Assembly: GCF_963921235.1 (NCBI RefSeq)
Contig: NC_086097.1
Coordinates: 61,320,001-61,384,000 of the forward strand
Direction: 5' to 3'
From: Mobula hypostoma
Lineage: Eukaryota
Length of the DNA: 64,000 bases
This document shows positions 37,966 to 49,042 of the stretch, in pieces (position 1 is the first letter of the stretch; each line of letters opens with the position of its first letter). The notes under the pieces are model-generated. The model searched no databases and was not told the origin of the DNA. It was given only the letters and a program-made list of their open reading frames with translations. The position numbers and the translations under genes were made by a program.

Positions 37966-38302
37966 TTAGGCTGCAAATTTCCCATATTCTGACTATACTT
38001 CAGAGATACTTCATTGGCTTCTGAATGTTATGTTATTTTGAGAGGCAACTATTTTTTACTCTCACATGCTTCAGTTTGAAAAATCATTAAAATTGGGTGT
38101 CCGAGCTTTTTTTTTAAACAAAATTAAAAGAGAAAGGATATTATATTTGCATTTCTTTTAAACCCAAGAAGGAACTTTTCTGTTTCCCTGTGTATGAACA
38201 TATAAGAGAAATCTTGGGCTTCTAATCTCTCCTAGCAGTAGGAGGACTAACAAAACAATTCTTGTTAAGTAACGTAAGTAAGATTAAAACTGACATTCTG
38301 TG

Positions 38303-40855
38303 ATAGAAACATAGAAACATAGAAAATAGGTGCAGGAGTAGGCCATTTGGCCCTTCGAGCCTCCACCGCCATTTATTATGATCATGGCTGATCATCCAAC
38401 TCAGAACCCCGCCCCAGCCTTCCCTCCATACCCCCTGATCCCCGTAGCCACAAGGGCCATATCTAACTCCCTCTTAAATATAGGCAATGAACTGGCCTCA
38501 ACTGTTTCCTGTGGCAGAGAATTCCACAGATTCACCACTCTTTGTGTGAAGAAGTTTTTCCTAATCTCGGTCCTAAAAGGCCTCCCCTCTATCCTCAAAC
38601 TGTGACCCCTCGTTCTGGACTTCCCCAACATTGGGAACAATCTTCCTGCATCTAGCCTGTCCAATCCCTTTAGGATTTTATACGTTTCAATCAGATCCCC
38701 CCTCAATCGTCTAAATTCCAACGAGTACAAGCCCAGTTCATCCAGTCTTTCTTCATATGAAAGTCCTGCCATCCCAGGAATCAATCTGGTGAACCTTCTT
38801 TGTACTCCCTCTATGGCAAGGATGTCTTTCCTCAGATTAGGGGACCAAAACTGCACACAATACTCCAGGTGTGGTCTCACCAAGGCCTTGTACAACTGCA
38901 GTAGTACCTCCCTGCTCCTGTACTCGAATCCTCTCGCTATAAGTGCCAGCATACCATTCGCCTTTTTCACCGCCTGTTGTACCTGCATGCCCACTTTCAA
39001 TGACTGGTGCATAATGACACCCAGGTCTCGTTGCACCTCTCCTTTTCCTAATCGGCCACCATTCAGATAATAATCTGTTTTCCTATTTTTGCCACCAAAG
39101 TGGATAACTTCACATTTATCCACATTAAATTGCATCTGCCATGAATTTGCCCACTCACCCAACCTATCCAAGTCACCCTGCATCCTCTTAGCATCCTCCT
39201 CACAGCTAACACTGCCACCCAGCTTCGTGTCATCCGCAAACTTGGAGATGCTGCATTTAATTCCCTCATCCAAGTCATTAATATATATTGTAAACAACTG
39301 AGGTCCCAGCACTGAGCCTTGCGGTACCCCGCTAGTCACTGCCTGCCATTCTGAAAAGGTCCCGTTTATTCCCACTCTTTGCTTCCTGTCTGCTAACCAA
39401 TTCTCCACCCACACCAATACCTTACCCCCAATACCGTGTGCTTTAAGTTTGCACACTAATCTCCTGTGTGGGACCTTGTCAAAAGCCTTTTGAAAATCCA
39501 AATATACCACATCCACTGGTTCTCCCCTATCCACTCTACTAGTTACATCCTCAAAAAATTCTATGAGATTCGTCAGACATGATTTTCCTTTCACAAATCC
39601 ATGCTGACTTTGTCCGATCATTTCACTGCTTTCCAAATGTGCTGTTATCACATCCTTGATAACCGACTCCAGCAGTTTCCCCACCACCGACGTTAGGCTA
39701 ACTGGTCTATAATTCCCTAGTTTCTCTCTTTCTCCTTTTTTAAAAAGTGGGGTTACATTAGCCACCCTCCAATCCTCAGGAACTAGTCCAGAATCTAACG
39801 AGTTTTGAAAAATTATCACTAATGCATCCACTATTTCTTGGGCTACTTCCTTAAGCACTCTAGGATGCAGACCATCTGGCCCTGGGGATTTATCTGCCTT
39901 CAATCCCTTCAATTTACCTAACACCACTTCCCTACTAACATGTATTTCGCTCAGTTCCTCCATCTCACTGGACCCTCTATCCCCTACTATTTCTGGAAGA
40001 TTATTTATGTCCTCCTTAGTGAAGACAGAACCAAAGTAATTATTCAACTGGTCTGCCATGTCCTTGGCCCCATAATCAATTCACCTGTTTCTGTCTGCAG
40101 GGGACCTACATTTGTCTTTACCAGTCTTTTCCTTTTTACATATCTATAAAAGCTTTAACAGTCCGTTTTTATGTTCCCTGCCAGTTTTCTCTCATAATCT
40201 TTTTTCCCCTTCCTAATTAAGCCCTTTGTCCTCCTCTGCTGAATTCTGAATTTCTCCCAGTCCTCAGGTGAGCCACTTTCTCTGGCTAATTTGTATGCTT
40301 CTTCTTTGGAATTGATACTCTCCCTAATTTCTCTTGTCAGCCACGGGTACACTACCTTCCTTGATTTATTCTTTTGCCAAACTGGGATGAACAATTGTTG
40401 TAGTTCATCCATGCAACCTTTAAATGCTTGCCATTGCATATCCACCATCAATCCTTAAAGTGTCATTTGCCAGTCTATCTTAGCTAATTCACGTCTCATA
40501 CCTTCAAAGTTACCCCTCTTTAAGTTCAGAACCTTTGTTTCTGAATTAACTATGTCACTCTCCATCTTAATGAAGAATTCCACCATATTATGGTCACTCT
40601 TTCCCAAGGGGCCTCTCACGACAAGATCGCTAATTAACCCTTCCTTATTGCTCAAAACCCAGTCCAGAATAGCCTGCTCTCTAGTTGGTTCCTCGACATG
40701 TTGGTTCAAAAAACCATCCCGCATACATTCCAAGAAATCCTCTTCCTCAGCACCTTTACCAATTTGGTTCACCCAATCTACATGTAGATTGAAGTCACCG
40801 ATTATAACTGCTGTTCCTTTATTGCACACATTTCTAATTTCCTGTTTAATACCAT
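38303..40855 (-). mobile_element. Young CR1 LINE, 5'-truncated within the endonuclease domain
   Basis: (TTTCTATG)n tail. ORFs 40455..40829, 40155..40451 and 38401..40059. Near-identical to 44950-46600. Confidence 0.97.
38401..40059 (-). CDS. CR1 ORF2 reverse transcriptase domain (uninterrupted 552 aa; probably non-functional because 5'-truncated)
   Basis: KSPGPDG, YRPVSL, QHGF, DFQKAFD, GVPQGSVLGP and FADD are all present in one frame. Confidence 0.9.
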   Translation of the reverse strand: MADQLNNYFGSVFTKEDINNLPEIVGDRGSSEMEELSEIHVSREVVLGKLKGLKADKSPGPDGLHPRVLKEVAQEIVDALVIIFQNSLDSGLVPEDWRVANVTPLFKKGEREKLGNYRPVSLTSVVGKLLESVIKDVITAHLESSEMIGQSQHGFVKGKSCLTNLIEFFEDVTSRVDRGEPVDVVYLDFQKAFDKVPHRRLVCKLKAHGIGGKVLVWVENWLADRKQRVGINGTFSEWQAVTSGVPQGSVLGPQLFTIYINDLDEGIKCSISKFADDTKLGGSVSCEEDAKRMQGDLDRLGEWANSWQMQFNVDKCEVIHFGGKNRKTDYYLNGGRLGKGEVQRDLGVIMHQSLKVGMQVQQAVKKANGMLALIARGFEYRSREVLLQLYKALVRPHLEYCVQFWSPNLRKDILAIEGVQRRFTRLIPGMAGLSYEERLDELGLYSLEFRRLRGDLIETYKILKGLDRLDAGRLFPMLGKSRTRGHSLRIEGRPFRTEIRKNFFTQRVVNLWNSLPQETVEASSLPIFKRELDMALVATGIRGYGGKAGAGF

Positions 40856-42739
40856 GATGGGAACTGAAATTATGTCTCTATTCTCTAAAAAAAAAGTATT
40901 AAAATGTTGTCTGTATGTATTTGTGAAAAATATGCCGTAATAAATGTATTTTACAATTGAGTCATTTTTTTGTTGCATCACACAAATTTGCAGCTTTGGA
41001 AGCTGTCTTCTGTTCCATCCTGAATTATGCTCTGTAGCCAAAAAAGCATGGTGATAAGAAACAAAAAAGGCATTTTCACTTTATAGTAAAGGCAGCAGGA
41101 CGTGAGTGCCCCTTCTGCTATTTTGAAGTCTTGCCTTACATACAGCTTGTTAGGCTGTATATGTCATTAAAACTTGAAGGAACGATCGATGGATGACTTC
41201 AAATCAACTGTTGGCATCACTGAAGTTGCTGACTGCTCATTAGTGGTCACATTTCACTTCAGCGAGGTCAATACTGATGTCATGAAGAAACCAGTCTTGC
41301 TCCATTTGTCTCTCTTGTTGCAGCAGATCAGATGGACTGAGAGAAGGAAGTTGTCTCCCAGACATATTAATGACTGTGGAGCAAAATTGAACCATCATTA
41401 TCTGCTAAGCATGCCTGACTCATAAGAAAGGCTAGCTCACACAGATGTCTATCTGCTTGCAGGTTATCAGTGAGATGCCCATGATTACAAACATTTTGAA
41501 GAATGAAGTATTATAAACTCAGTTGTCCACATACTTCTTGCATAGATGTCTGTCAATAAAGGAAAAAAAGAAACAAATATTGCATTATCCTGTCAGAAGG
41601 CTTGCAACAGTTCTTCATATTGAAAACAGCCCTCTTTATTAATTTTCAGGGAAATGAATGTCATATAATAGAGCTGGTGTTAAATTTAGCAGGTCAAGTC
41701 TGACGAAGAATTGTCACCATTAAATGTAAGTAGTCAATCATTTTAGTTAATGGCTTAATGATGAAACATATGACCACAAATGATCAGGTGCAATTTGCTG
41801 ATAGACTATATCCTCAGGAAATTATTCAGTGAAGCCTGAAGGGGACAAATACTTTGATCAGAGGACTGAATTTAGAATAATGCATCAATGCATGGTATTA
41901 TCCTCCCTAACTAAAGTTCCTTATGTTTACAATCAAATATGGTTTCTTCCAGATAAAATTCACTAGCACTATTCCTCCCCAAATGATGAAAAGCCCCCAA
42001 AATTGATTTTCAGTCAGCATTTAACTCCACTGTGAATTGGATGCTCATGTTCTAGTTTCCGTATATTTTAAAAATCACATTTGTAAAATTATTACATAAA
42101 CAGGTCTTACAGTTGGAGTACTTTAATTGATCAAATTCATATTAATGAATGTTGTTCTTTGTTACGTATCAAAGTTTGTTACTCTCATGCAGCTAGTAGA
42201 TGCATGCATATCATTGGTCCCATAATGCAGGTCAGGCTGATAAAATTTCACCCTGCTGCATAGCACCCTGTAGTAGGGAAATGTGTTTGTCACATATTGT
42301 ATATTGACAGATCATGGCCCAGCTACCAGCAGGTTATTTCACAGAGGTACTACCCTGTCAAGTATATTAAACTGCAGAAAATTCAATGAAAAATCCACTG
42401 GTGCATTCTATATTGCCAGGAAAAATGCCCCTTTACACATCCCAGTGCTAACTACACACATGACTTATGATTTACATACCACTGCAGGCCTTAGTTTATC
42501 ACTGTGGCCCAATTTTGTGATTGCATGCACCAAATAAAACCGGCTTGCATTGTTTAAAGCTAGACCATGTCTCCAAAAGGGATTGTACTTAAACCAAGGT
42601 ACTGACTTATTTATTTTAAAGATGTAACTTCTTTCAGTAACACTGACTCAACCTAATACTCGGAATATCAGTTAGAAATCTTGAGTGGGAAGAGACATTC
42701 TCCGACCATAACACTGAAGAAACTTCACACTTACTGCAG

Positions 42740-43990
42740 CAGGATGAACTGCCTCAACGATTTTTACCCAGTTGATTCACAGCCAGAATCAACTCCTGCA
42801 TAAACACAGATGTGGACCTGCTGCGATTTGTCTCCTATCATGGATGCAATCTCACTGGCTTTTCATTCAGCCTTGGACCACCTGGACAACCAAGATACCC
42901 ACGTAAGGCTGCTGTTTATTGATTACGGCTCTGCGTTCAACACCACCATCCCCTCATTACAAATCAACAGGCTCCGAAGTCTGGACTTCTTATCTTGCTC
43001 TGTAACTGGATCCAAGATTTCCTCATTGGGAGACCACTGTCAGTACATATCAGAAATAGTATCTCCTCCACACTGACAATCGGCTCTGGTTCACCTCGAG
43101 GATGTGTGCTACTCTTAAAGGAGAAGCTCAAAGAACACATACCAGTCCTCATGGAGGTGTGAGCAGTTTCAAGTTCCTGGGTGTCAATGTCTTTGAAGAT
43201 CTATTCTAGGCCAAACACATTGATGCAATTATGAAGAAGGCACAACAGCAGCGATATTTCATTTGGAGTTTGAGGATTTGGTATGTCACCAAGACTCTGA
43301 CAAATGTCTGCAGATGTACCGTGGAGAGTAAACTAACTGGCTGCATCACCATCTGGTATGGAGCGGCAATCTCCTCACTGACGATCAACACCAATGCACC
43401 TAAAGGATGTGTACATGGCCCACTGCTCTACTCTCCATGACTGTAGCTAAGCGCAGCTCAAACACCACCTATAGATTTGTCGATGACACAGCTGCTGTTG
43501 GCAGAATCTCAAATGGTGATGATGAGGTATATAGGAGTAAGATTGATCTGCTGGTTGAGTGGTTTCACAATAACAATCTTGCACTCAACATCAGTAAATC
43601 CAAGGAATTAATTGTGGACTTCAGAAAGAGGAAGTCAAGGGAACACACATTAGTTCTTGTGGATGGGTCAGCAATGGAAAGGGTGATCAATTTCAAGTTC
43701 CTGAATGTCAAATTCTCTGAAGATCTCCCCTGCGCCCAACACATTGACAGAATTACAAAGAAGAGACATCAGCTATTATATTTCCTTAGGAGTTTCAGGA
43801 GATTTGCTAAGTCATCAAAGACCCTGAAAATTTTCTACAGATGTACCAAGTAGAGCATTCTAAATAGTGGCATCACAGCCTGGTAAAGTTGGGAGTGGGG
43901 TGTGCCACTGCACACGATTGGAAAAAACTGCAGAGGATTACAAACTCAGCCAGCACCATCATGGGCACTATCCTTCCCAGCATCAAGGAC
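42740..43990 (+). mobile_element. Mosaic of Rex1-type LINE fragments
   Basis: [23 protein letters not shown] (42810..43076) and RFVDDTAAVGRIS (43407..43853). Confidence 0.8.
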
Positions 43991-44004
43991 AAAGTTCAAA
44001 CAAT

Positions 44005-44949
44005 TCCGAGTTCAAAGTAAAATTTATTATGAGAGAACAAATATGTCACCACATACAACCCCGAGATTCTTTTCACCTGCAGGCATACTTAGTAATTCTA
44101 CGGAACGGTACTTTTTAAAAAGGATAAATGAATAACAAACCGTGAAAGTGCAAACATAAATAAATAACAATAAATAACGAGTATGAAACAATGAGAAAAA
44201 GAGACCTTAAAGTGAGATCAGCAGTTGTGGGAACACCAGAAATAGAATGAGAGTAGTTATCCCCTTTTGTTTAAGAGTCTGATGGTTGAAGGGTAGTAAC
44301 TGTTCTTGAACCTGGTGGTGTGAGTCCTGAGGTACTTGTACCTTCTACCTGATGGGTGCAGTGAGAAAAAAGCGTAGCCTGGGTGGTGAGGATCTTTGAT
44401 CATGGATGCTGCTTTTCTATGGCAATGTTTCATGTACCTGTATTCAATGGTTTCGAGGGCTTTACCCATCATGTACTGTGCTGAATCCACTATCTTTTGT
44501 AGGATTTTTCACTTAAGGGCATTGGTGCTCCCATATCCATCCATAATGCAGCTAGTCAGCACACTGTCCACAACACATCTATAGAAGTTTACCAAGGTTT
44601 TTATTGACGAGTTGTAACTCCACAGACTCTCGAAGAAGCAGAGGCACTGCTTTGCTTTCTTTGCAATTATATTTATATGATGGGTCCAGGACAGGTCCTT
44701 TGAGATAGTGACACCCAGGAATTTAAAATTATCTACCCTCTCCACCGCCGAGCATCCAATCAGAACTGGCTTATGGCCCTCTGTTTTTTCTTTTCTGATG
44801 TCTACAATCAGTTTCTTGGTCTTATTGACATTGAGTGAGAAGCTGTTGTTATTAGACCACTCAGCCAAATTTTCAATCTCCCTTCTGTATGCTGATTCAT
44901 CATCACCTTTGATACAGACCACAAAGTTGTGTAATCAGCAAACCAGTAT
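44005..44949 (-). mobile_element. Rex1-type LINE 3' part; continues at 48348-48675 beyond the CR1 insertion
   Basis: ORFs 44257..44490 and 44509..44922. ORF 48216..48701 (TTLEHLDSKDAYIRMLF..GTPQGFVLSP) is the upstream continuation. Confidence 0.85.
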
Positions 44950-45134
44950 ATAGAAACATAGAAACATAGAAAATAGGTGCAGGAGTAGGCCATTTGGCCC
45001 TTCGAGCCTGCACCGCCATTTATTATGATCATGGCTGATCATCCAACTCAGAAACCCGCCCCAGCCTTCCCTCCAAACCCCCTGACCCCTGTAGCCACAA
45101 GGGCCATATCTAACTCCCTCTTAAACATAGCCAA

Positions 45135-46259
45135 TCAACTGGCCTCAACTGTTTCCTGTGGCAGAGAATTCCACAGATTCACCACTCTCTGTGTGAAGAA
45201 GTTTTTCCTAATCTCGGTCCTAAGAGGCTTCCCCTCTATCCTCAAACTGTGACCCCTCGTTCTGGACTTCCCCAACATCGGGAACAATCTTCCTGCATCC
45301 AGCCTGTCCAATCCCTTTAGGATCTTATACGTTTCAATCAGATCCCCCCTCAATCTTCTAAATTCCAACGAGTACAAGCCCAGTTCATCCAGTCTTTCTT
45401 CATATGAAAGACCTGCCATCCCAGGAATCAATCTGGTGAACCTTCTTTGTACTCCCCCTATGGCAAAGATGTCTTTCCTCAGATTAGGGGACCAAAACTG
45501 CACACAATACTCCAGGTGTGGTCTCACCAAGGCCTTGTACAACTGCAGTAGTACCTCCCTGCTCCTGTACTCGAATCCTCTCGCTATAAGTGCCAGCATA
45601 CCATTCGCCTTTTTCACCGCCTGTTGTACCTGCATGCCCACTTTCAATGACTGGTGTACCCCGCTAGTCACTGCCTGCCATTCTGAAAAGGTCCCGTTTA
45701 TTCCCACTCTTTGCTTCCTGTCTGCTAACCAATTCTCCACCCACACCAATACCTTACCCCCAATACCGTGTGCTTTAAGTTTGCACACTAATCTCCTGTG
45801 TGGGACCTTGTCAAAAGCCTTTTGAAAATCCAAATATACCACATCCACTGGTTCTCCCCTATCCACTCTACTAGTTACATCCTCAAAAAATTCTATGAGA
45901 TTCGTCAGACATGATTTTCCTTTCACAAATCCATGCTGACTTTGTCCGATCATTTCACCGCTTTCCAAATGTGCTGTTATCACATCCTTGATAACTGACT
46001 CCAGCAGTTTCCCCACCACCGACGTTAGGCTAACCGGTCTATAATTCCCCAGTTTCTCTCTCCCTCCTTTTTTAAAAAGTGGGGTTACATTAGCCACCCT
46101 CCAATCCTCAGGAACTAGTCCAGAATCTAACGAGTTTTGAAAAATTATCACTAATGCATCCACTATTTCTTGGGCTACTTCCTTAAGCACTCTAGGATGC
46201 AGACCATCTGGCCCTGGGGATTTATCTGCCTTCAATTCCTTCAATTTACCTAACACCAC
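45135..46259 (-). pseudogene. CR1 ORF2 RT part lacking the catalytic core
   Basis: AVTSGV is joined directly to HQSLKVG. The PQGS..FADD segment is absent. Confidence 0.9.
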
Positions 46260-47179
46260 TTCCCTACTAACAGAACCTTTGGTTCTGAATTAATTATGTC
46301 ACTCTCCATTTTAATGAAGAATTCCACCATATTATGGTCACTCTTACCCAAGGGGCCTCTCACGACAAGATCGCTAATTAACCCTTCCTCATTGCTCAAA
46401 ACCCAGTCCAGAATAGCCTGCTCTCTAGTTGGTTCCTCGACATGTTGGTTCAAAAAACCATCCCGCATACATTCCAAGAAATCCTCTTCCTCAGCACCTT
46501 TACCAATTTGGTTCACCCAGTCTACATGTAGATTGAAGTCACCCATTATAACTGCTGTTCCTTTATTGCACACATTTCTAATTTCCTGTTTAATACCATC
46601 TCCGACCTCACTACTACTGTTAGGTGGCCTATACACAACTCCCACCAGCGTCTTCTGCTCCTTAGTGTTACGCAGCTCTACCCATATCAATTCCACATCT
46701 TCCCGGCTTATGTCCTTCCTTTCTATTGCGTTAATCTCTTCTTTAACCAGCAACGCCACCCCACCTCCCCTTCCTTCATGTCTATCCCTCCTGAATATTG
46801 AATATCCCTGAACGTTGAGCTCCCATCCCTGGTCACCCTGGAGCCATGTCTCTGTGATCCCAACTATATCATAATCATTAATAACAATCTGCACTTTCAA
46901 TTCATCCACCTTATTACGAATGCTCCTTGCATTGACACATAAAGCCTTCAGGCGCTCTTTTACAACTCTCTTAGCCCTTATACAATTATGTTGAAAAGTG
47001 GCCCTTTTTAATGCTTGCCCTGGATTTGTCGGCCTGCCACTTTTACTTTTCTCCTTTGTACTTTTTGCTTCTACGCTCACTTTACACCCCTCTGTCTCTC
47101 TGCACTGGTTCCCATCCCTCTGTTGTGAACTAACCACCTCACACCTAGCCTCTTTAATTTGATTCCCACCCCCCAACAA
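46250..47179 (-). pseudogene. CR1 ORF2 N-terminal part (APE endonuclease), frameshifted by a deletion
   Basis: VNARS, GITETW, VYRPP, MGDFN, ILD and SDH motifs. The frame ends at the deletion junction near 46270. Confidence 0.9.
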
Positions 47180-47181
47180 TT

Positions 47182-48117
47182 CTAGTTTAAAGTCACCTCA
47201 GTAGCCCCCGCTAATCTCCCTGCCAGGATATTGGTCCCCCTAGGATTCAAGTGTAACCCGTCCTTTTTGTACAGGTCACGCCTGCGCCAAAAGAGGTCCC
47301 AATGATCCAAAAACTTGAATCCCTGCCCCCTGCTCCAATCCCTCAGCCACGCATTTATCCTCCACCTCATCGCATTCCTACTCTCACTGTCGCGTGGCAC
47401 AGGCAGTAATCCCGAGATTACTACCTTTGCGGTCCTTTTTCTCAACTCCCTTCCCAGCTCCCTATATTCTCCTTTCAGGACCTCATCCCTTTTCCTACCT
47501 ATGTCATTGGTACCTATATGTACCACGACCTCTGGCTCCTCACCCTCCCACTTCAGGATATCTTGGACACGATCAGAAATATCCCGGACCCTGGCACCAG
47601 GGAGGCAAACTACCATCCGGGTCTCTGGACTGCGTCCACAGAATCGCCTATCTGACCCCCTTACTATCGAGTCCACTATCACAACTGCCCTCCTCTTCCT
47701 TGCCCTACCCTTCTGAGCTACAGGGCCAGACTCTGTGCTGGAGGCACGGCCACTGTCGCTTCCCCCGGGTAAGTTGTCCCCCACAACAGTACTCAAACAA
47801 GAGTACCTGTTGTTAAGGGGCACAGCCACCGGGGTACTCCCCATCACCTGACTTTTCCCCTTCCCCCTCCTAACCGTGACCCACTTGTCTGCCTCCCGTG
47901 GCCCCGGCATGATCACCTGCCTTCCACTCCTCTCTATCAACTCCTCACTCTCCCTGACCAGACGAAGGTCATCGAGCTGCAGCTCCAGTTCCGTAACGCG
48001 GTCCCTTAGGAGCTGTATCTCGATGCACCTGGCGCAGATGTAGACGTCCGGGAGGCTTGGAGACTCCAGGGCCTCCCACATCCGACACCGAGAACAGCAA
48101 ACTGTCCTCACAGTCAT
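47182..48117 (-). CDS. CR1 ORF1 protein: Cys zinc-finger/coiled coil plus SGNH (GDSL-type) esterase domain
   Basis: CSRC..CARC, leucine-rich LLRDRVTELELQL, and SGNH blocks VVIVDSIVRG, LPGA, HIGTND, DGLHLN. First ATG at 48117. Confidence 0.9.
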   Translation of the reverse strand: MTVRTVCCSRCRMWEALESPSLPDVYICARCIEIQLLRDRVTELELQLDDLRLVRESEELIERSGRQVIMPGPREADKWVTVRRGKGKSQVMGSTPVAVPLNNRYSCLSTVVGDNLPGGSDSGRASSTESGPVAQKGRARKRRAVVIVDSIVRGSDRRFCGRSPETRMVVCLPGARVRDISDRVQDILKWEGEEPEVVVHIGTNDIGRKRDEVLKGEYRELGRELRKRTAKVVISGLLPVPRDSESRNAMRWRINAWLRDWSRGQGFKFLDHWDLFWRRRDLYKKDGLHLNPRGTNILAGRLAGATEVTLN

Positions 48118-49042
48118 AATGCCCCTCTCCTCAAATAGCAACAGAAAATGAATGTCAAACCTTCCTCGCCTCGCCCGCTTCCGCCTAAGCCCGGTGAGGC
48201 GAAGCCCTTAAGTCTTCACTCTGCTCCCGGCTCACTCTGCCGCCCGCAAACTATGCTGCCCGCTCTATGAGGCTTTGTTCCTTTTAAATCTGCCACGCTG
48301 CACTGCCCGACGTCACACGCCTGCGCAGTCCCGCCTCTCAGAAAGCCGGTGTTGGAGCTGTGCTTAGCCACACAGTCATTGGCGTAAAGCAAGTAGAGCA
48401 GGGGACTAAGCACAAATCCCTGTGGTGTTCCTGTGCTGATAGAGATTATGGAGGAGATGTGCTTGCCAATCTGAATTGACTGGGATCTGCAAATGAGGAA
48501 ATCCAGTATCAAGTTACACAAGGGGTATTGCAGCACACATGAGAGTTTGCTGATTAGTTTTGAGGGGATGTTGGTATTAAATGCCGAGCTGTGACGGAAA
48601 AAGAGCATCCTGATGTATGCATCTTTGCTGTCCAGATGTTCCAAGGTTGTGTGAAGAGCCAGTGAGATAGCACCTTTAAATGGCAGTGTTTCTAGAGGCA
48701 ATCATCATTAAGGGCCCCACCCCTCATCGCCCGAGACATGCTCGCTTCTTATTACTCCAATCAGAGAGGAGGTATACACTATATATTCCACTGCAATGCT
48801 GCCACAAAACAACAACTTTCACAACAAACATCAGCGATAAGAAACATGATTCTGATTCTGGTTCTAGTAGTCTAGGACAGGACTTTGGACTGTACCACTG
48901 TGGAATGCAGTGTTCTGGACGTGCTGATTGATAGACACTGGCAGACTGGCAGACTGGATCATGGAAGTAGTCATCCTGAGGAGAGCCGATATTTTGTGAT
49001 TGATGGAGCCTATTCTATTTCCCAGATCAGTGCATCAGAAAT

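Larger units (their letters stand above)
44950..48347 (-). mobile_element. Full-length young CR1 LINE with intact ORF1 and two internal ORF2 deletions
   Basis: CpG-rich 5'UTR, ORF1, EN domain, partial RT and a (TTTCTATG)n tail. The deletions are mapped by comparison with 38303-40855. Confidence 0.95.

Noticed and set aside
45640..46290. Splicing as the cause of the CR1 internal deletions
   Set aside because: The deleted segments do not have GT..AG ends on the sense strand.
46296..47816. Plus-strand ORFs of 130-170 aa
   Set aside because: Antisense shadows of CR1 ORF1/ORF2. The same applies to similar ORFs at 11011-12491, 38789-40857 and 45436-45825.
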